This document shows, piece after piece, positions 17,342 through 21,705 of a stretch of 21,705 bases of DNA. The translations under genes were made by a program, and so were the position numbers. The stretch covers positions 1-21,705 of the forward strand of contig JBFGLM010000069.1 of assembly GCA_041576165.1 (NCBI GenBank), in the 5' to 3' direction. The notes beneath the pieces are model-generated. The model searched no databases and had not been told where the DNA came from. It saw nothing but the letters and a program-made list of their open reading frames with translations. The stretch's first letter is position 1. Each line of letters opens with the position of its first letter. The DNA comes from Acidimicrobiia bacterium. Lineage in GTDB: Bacteria > Actinomycetota > Acidimicrobiia > Spongiisociales > Spongiisociaceae.

Positions 17342-18531
17342 TGGCTGGTTTCTCGTTCGCGAAGTATCAATCGGCCACGCGAGATTCCGGCGGATCCACT
17401 CCAGGGGCAAAGGCCCTCGCCGCCTACTGTCGAGCCAATTGGGGATTCATCACCAGGATCGGCATCTACAAGAACCGCAAAGTCGCCGGTTCGAAAACCC
17501 TCAGTCATCACGCCGAGGGACGTGCCCTTGACATCATGATTCCCGTGCTCCGCGGGGGCATAGCGGACGTCGCCAACGGCATGCAGATTGTGAACACCTT
17601 AGGTGCCCACGGGAAGCGGCTCGGGATCGATCAACTGATCTTCAATCGGACGATATGGTCGGGACGGAAACCAGCGGGTCGCCCCTATAAGGGTAAGCAT
17701 CCGCATTACGACCACATCCACCTGGGGCTCAGCCGGAACGCCGGCCGGAACCTCAACCTGGCCACCCTGGAGGCCGTTATCGGCGGCGCCACCACAACCG
17801 CAACAACCCTCGAACGGGTCACCCATCGGGTCGCGGCATCAAGCCTCAAGGTCCGGCGGGAGCCCTCGACGTCGGCGGCCTCGGTCGCGGAGCTTCTCAA
17901 CGGTGCCCCGGTCGAGGAACTTGGTGAGGCGCCCAAGGACAGCGACGGCTACAGGTGGGTGAAGATTCGCGCCGCTGCGGGTGGACGACTGGTGGACGGG
18001 TGGGTTGCGTCCGACTACCTCGAGAGCACCAGCCCCGCCCCGAGCGGTCCTGCAACGCTCGAGCGAGTCACCCACCGAGTGACGGCGTCGAGCCTGTATG
18101 TGCGGCGCGAACCCTCTACGTCGGCAGCCACAGTGGCAGAGCTTCCCAACGCCGCGCCCGTTGAGGAACTTGGTGAGGTGCCCAGGGATAGCGACGGCTA
18201 CAGCTGGGTGAAGATCCGGGCGGCGGTTGACGAGCAGCTCGTAGAGGGGTGGGTTGCATCCGACTTTTTGGAGAGCACGGCTCCGGCCCCGAGTGGTGGT
18301 ACGAAGCTCGAGCGGGTCACGCATCGGGTGACGGCTTCGAGTCTGTATGTGCGTCGCGAACCCTCGACGTCGGCAGCCACCGTGGCAGAGCTTCCCAAGG
18401 GCGCTGAGGTGCAGGATGTCGGAGACGCCCCCAAGGACAGCGACGGCTATATGTGGGTGAAGATTTGGGCCGCGCCCGGCGGACAGTTGATCGAGGGATG
18501 GGTGGCCGCCGATTATCTCGAGAGTATGTGA
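17341..18531 (+). CDS. Putative peptidoglycan hydrolase: M15-like Zn peptidase plus three SH3b domains
   Basis: SHHAEGRALD (H-x6-D) and DHIH (HxH) zinc motifs; three repeats L.VRREPST..DGY.WVKI..GWVA.DYLE; no signal peptide. Confidence 0.85.
   Translation: MAGFSFAKYQSATRDSGGSTPGAKALAAYCRANWGFITRIGIYKNRKVAGSKTLSHHAEGRALDIMIPVLRGGIADVANGMQIVNTLGAHGKRLGIDQLIFNRTIWSGRKPAGRPYKGKHPHYDHIHLGLSRNAGRNLNLATLEAVIGGATTTATTLERVTHRVAASSLKVRREPSTSAASVAELLNGAPVEELGEAPKDSDGYRWVKIRAAAGGRLVDGWVASDYLESTSPAPSGPATLERVTHRVTASSLYVRREPSTSAATVAELPNAAPVEELGEVPRDSDGYSWVKIRAAVDEQLVEGWVASDFLESTAPAPSGGTKLERVTHRVTASSLYVRREPSTSAATVAELPKGAEVQDVGDAPKDSDGYMWVKIWAAPGGQLIEGWVAADYLESM
17809..18525 (+). repeat. Three tandem ~249-bp intragenic repeats (SH3b)
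   Basis: LERVTHRV codons start at 17809, 18058 and 18307, an exact 249-bp period. Confidence 0.95.
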
Positions 18532-19183
18532 GGCGCAAGCTGCCGCGCCTGGCAGCGGTGATTGGCGAGCAGACAACGGCTGAATCGGGGACCATGCGCG
18601 CCGCCCTTGTTCAATTTGGGCAGCATTGGGATTCATCCCACCGGCGGTTCACGCAATAGCAAGGCGGCCGGGTCGGAGGGGCCCATCGCCACCGTTGTGC
18701 TCGAACCACTCAATGGAGATCAGGTCTGCGAGGGTCGCTGGTCTTCCCGGAAGTCCAGGTGTATTCGCCCGGCGGCACCCGATTGCCGAATTGACACAAC
18801 TCGTACGCACGGGCACTGGGTCTTCGCGTAGGGTTGAGCCGGCGAGCTGGGATGGGGTTTGTGGCGATCTCCAGTGTGAGGCTCGAGGAGTATCCGCTGG
18901 GCAGCGAACGCGCTGCCACCCACGCCGTCGACGACCTCTGCAGCCTGCACGCACACACCCTGGTTTTGGGTGTCTACGCAATGACGGTTCCGGCGGACCG
19001 CACCGCCCGACCTGTCGACCCACACCAGGCACATTCGACTCCGGGTTGTGTTTGCATCGTGCGAGACGCCTGCGCAGCGCGTGCAGTTTCTCAGGAGTTC
19101 ACAAAACCGCATCAGCCGCTGGCACGAACAAAGGAGGAGCCCGCGACTTGCGGGCGGTCCAGGCGACAAATGGGAGGTGGACC

Positions 19184-20410
19184 ATGACCGTTGTGCGAAG
19201 ACATTGGCTCTTAGGATTGGCAGTGATCCTTGCCCTGGCCCTACTGGTGACGGTGTCTGCCGGCCCCATGGGCTTGGGCGCCGATCACCTTGATGCTCCG
19301 GGCCTGATGTCGCCGGCCGGCAACGGCCAGGCGGACATCAACGACGTCTATGTGTTCGAGGGAGCGAATCCGGCGCATACGGTGCTCGCCGTGACCACCA
19401 ATCCGGCGGCGGGCGTCCTGTCCCCGACCACGTTCGGAGAGGACATCCTCTACCAGATCAGAGTCGACAACGACGGCGATGCAGTGGCGGACCTCACCTA
19501 CAACGTAACGTTCGACGGCGACGACGACGACCAGGAGTTCGAGGTCGAGCTCGCCACCGGTGCGGAAGCGAGTGAGCTCGACGACGAGGGTGAAGACATC
19601 GCGGAAGGCGAGACCGGAGAGATAGTCGAACTGGACACCGGCGGATGGTTCTTCGCCGGGTTGCGGTCCGATCCGTTCTTCTTCGACCTCGGCGGATTCC
19701 TCGGGACTGTGGAAGACGCGATGAATGGGCGCCTGCTGGGTGACGGCATGGCAACCGATCCGTTCGCCGACTTCGACACGCTCGCCATCGTGATCGAGGT
19801 GCCGGATTCGGCGCTCGGGAGCACCATCGGCGTATGGGCCGTGACCAGCGAGGACGGCGTGCAGCTGGACCGGATGGGCCGGCCTGCGATCAACACAGTG
19901 GTGAACAGTTCGGGCCCGATCGTTGGGGCTCCGTCGGATGCGAAGAACGTGTACAACGCCTCCGACCCAGCCGACGACGTAGCGAACTTCACGGCTGGAG
20001 TGATCGCCGCGTTGCAGGCATTCTCATCGCTCGACACCGAAGGCGCCTACTCCGATGCGGAGGCGGGTGCTCTGGCTGGCGTGCTGCTGCCGGACGTGCT
20101 CACCTATGACACGGGAACCCCGGCAGCCGGGCCGTTGAACGGCCGGGCGCTGGCGGATGACGTCATCGACATCGAACTGCGCATCGTCACCGGCGGAGAT
20201 CCCCTCGGGCTCTTCCCCGGCCGGGACGCCGACGGCGCCATCAACACCGATGGCATCGGGCCCCACGACGACTACCTGAGCGAGTTCCCCTATCTCGGGG
20301 AACCGAATGCGGCTCCGGTGGATGACGACGACGATGACGACGACGCCGATGACGACGACGACGATGACGACGACGCCGATGACGCCGATGACGCCGATGA
20401 CGACGACTAG
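19184..20410 (+). CDS. Secreted DUF4331-family protein with Asp-rich tail
   Basis: ATG 19184 after GGGAGG; signal peptide; ADHLDAP, DINDVYVF, FAGLRSDPFFFD, QLDRMGRPAIN, NGRALADDVID, FPYLGEP. Confidence 0.92.
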   Translation: MTVVRRHWLLGLAVILALALLVTVSAGPMGLGADHLDAPGLMSPAGNGQADINDVYVFEGANPAHTVLAVTTNPAAGVLSPTTFGEDILYQIRVDNDGDAVADLTYNVTFDGDDDDQEFEVELATGAEASELDDEGEDIAEGETGEIVELDTGGWFFAGLRSDPFFFDLGGFLGTVEDAMNGRLLGDGMATDPFADFDTLAIVIEVPDSALGSTIGVWAVTSEDGVQLDRMGRPAINTVVNSSGPIVGAPSDAKNVYNASDPADDVANFTAGVIAALQAFSSLDTEGAYSDAEAGALAGVLLPDVLTYDTGTPAAGPLNGRALADDVIDIELRIVTGGDPLGLFPGRDADGAINTDGIGPHDDYLSEFPYLGEPNAAPVDDDDDDDDADDDDDDDDDADDADDADDDD

Positions 20411-20460
20411 GTCGGTGGGTCATCGTTGACACGGTCACGTTGCGCGAATCCGAGGGCGGT

Positions 20461-21705
20461 GTGAGCCGCTCTCGGATCCGGCGTGCCGTCATGGTGGTGC
20501 TGGCGGCGGTCATCGTCGTCGCCGGCACCAACCTCTTTGCGGCGGTGACCCGCCCCGGCTCCGGCCTGGATTTGGGGGGTTCGGCGCGTGCCGCCCAAGT
20601 CCATGACGTCGAGGTCCGACGCTTGATCGGCGTCTACGAAGCGAAGATCGCCGATCGCCCCACCGCACCGGATCTCCTGTTCCTCGCAGGCCTCTACGCC
20701 GACGTGGCCCGTCGCACCGGAGACATTGGTGCCTACGGGCGGGCTGAACAGGCGGTCGAGCAGTCACTGACCATTGCCCCTGAGTACCGGGACGCTCTGG
20801 TCGCCCGAGCACAGCTCCTACATGCCACCCACGACTTTGTCGGGGCCCGGGACGTGGCAGAACAGGTACTCGTGCTCCAGCCCGACAACCCGGATGCCCG
20901 CGCCGTGCTCGGTGATGCGCTGCTGGCGGTAGGCGACATCGGCGGTGCCACCGAAACCTATGGGCCCCTACTCGAGGTGGCTGATTCCGACCCGGCCGTC
21001 GCAATTCGCACCGCCCGGCTCGCCTATCTGTCGGGCGATGCGATCAATGCGGCGCTGGACGCAGACCGAGCTCTCCAGCTGGCGCTGGACCAAGGAGTGC
21101 TGGGAACCGATCTCGCCTGGTATCTCGCCGCCGATGGGGCGCTTGCCTTTGATCTCGGTGACTACGGAAAGGCCGACGAGCGATACCGTCAGGCTCTGGA
21201 GGCCGCTCCCAACTACCACATCGCGCAAGCCGGCCTCGCCCGTGCCCGGGCCGCCCAGGGAGACACCGCCGGCGCCATAGAGCTCTATCAACGGGCGATC
21301 GAGGCCGTGCCGGATCCCAGTTATCTGGCCGCTTTGGGGGATCTATACCTCGTCCAGGGTGACGGCGCGTCGGCCGAAGACCAGTACGCCACTGTGGAGC
21401 TGATTGCCACGTTGGCCGACCTCAACCGCCAGCTCTACAACCGCCAGCTGTCGTTGTTCTTCAGTGATCACGACCGGGAGATCGACCGGGCGGTGACCCT
21501 CGCCGAATCGGAGCTCGCGATCCGCCAGGACGTCTACGGGTGGGACGCCTATGCGTGGGCGCTGTACAAGGCAGGTCGCATAACCGAAGCCGCCGCCGCG
21601 TCCGAGCAGGCGCTGGCGTGGGGCACACCCGACGCCGTCCTCGAGTATCACGCGGGGATGATCGCACTAACGGCCGGCCAGGCCGAGCGGGCAGAAGCAC
21701 TGCTC
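20461..21705 (+). CDS. Tetratricopeptide-repeat protein with N-terminal membrane anchor (partial, runs off the window)
   Basis: Missing from the ORF track because it has no stop. GTG 20461 opens 415 codons: MSRSRIRRAVMVVLAAVIVVAG..YRQALEAAPNYHIAQAGLARARAAQGD..DAYAWALYKAG..YHAGMI. Confidence 0.9.
   Translation, partial: MSRSRIRRAVMVVLAAVIVVAGTNLFAAVTRPGSGLDLGGSARAAQVHDVEVRRLIGVYEAKIADRPTAPDLLFLAGLYADVARRTGDIGAYGRAEQAVEQSLTIAPEYRDALVARAQLLHATHDFVGARDVAEQVLVLQPDNPDARAVLGDALLAVGDIGGATETYGPLLEVADSDPAVAIRTARLAYLSGDAINAALDADRALQLALDQGVLGTDLAWYLAADGALAFDLGDYGKADERYRQALEAAPNYHIAQAGLARARAAQGDTAGAIELYQRAIEAVPDPSYLAALGDLYLVQGDGASAEDQYATVELIATLADLNRQLYNRQLSLFFSDHDREIDRAVTLAESELAIRQDVYGWDAYAWALYKAGRITEAAAASEQALAWGTPDAVLEYHAGMIALTAGQAERAEALL

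Noticed and set aside
18626-19183. 186-aa N-terminal extension of DUF4331
   Set aside because: Low-complexity Arg/Pro-rich open frame; RBS and signal peptide point to 19184.
20321-20407. GAC/GAT repeats as a CRISPR array or non-coding satellite
   Set aside because: They are in-frame Asp codons; no repeat-spacer structure or cas genes in the window.

Overview
High-GC, actinobacterial-looking (probably Acidimicrobiia-like; inference) accessory region. Left to right: an ECF sigma factor with a membrane-anchored partner; fused toxin-antitoxin remnants beside a degenerate tRNA-Pro 3' half that looks like an att site; a lipoprotein; a DtxR-regulated Feo iron-uptake operon with unusual FeoA parts; an LLM/F420 oxidoreductase; several gene scraps (IS481, sugar ABC permease, HD-GYP); DUF2867-like and DUF4386 genes; and a poly-Asp fasciclin. 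Next come two divergent TIR-domain genes, a small acidic ORF and an M15-like peptidase with 3 SH3b repeats, then a poly-Asp DUF4331 protein and a TPR protein that runs off the end. The best candidate for an undescribed system is the TIR / TIR / peptidoglycan-hydrolase cluster (13505-18531). Family calls come from motif recognition by eye, not database searches.
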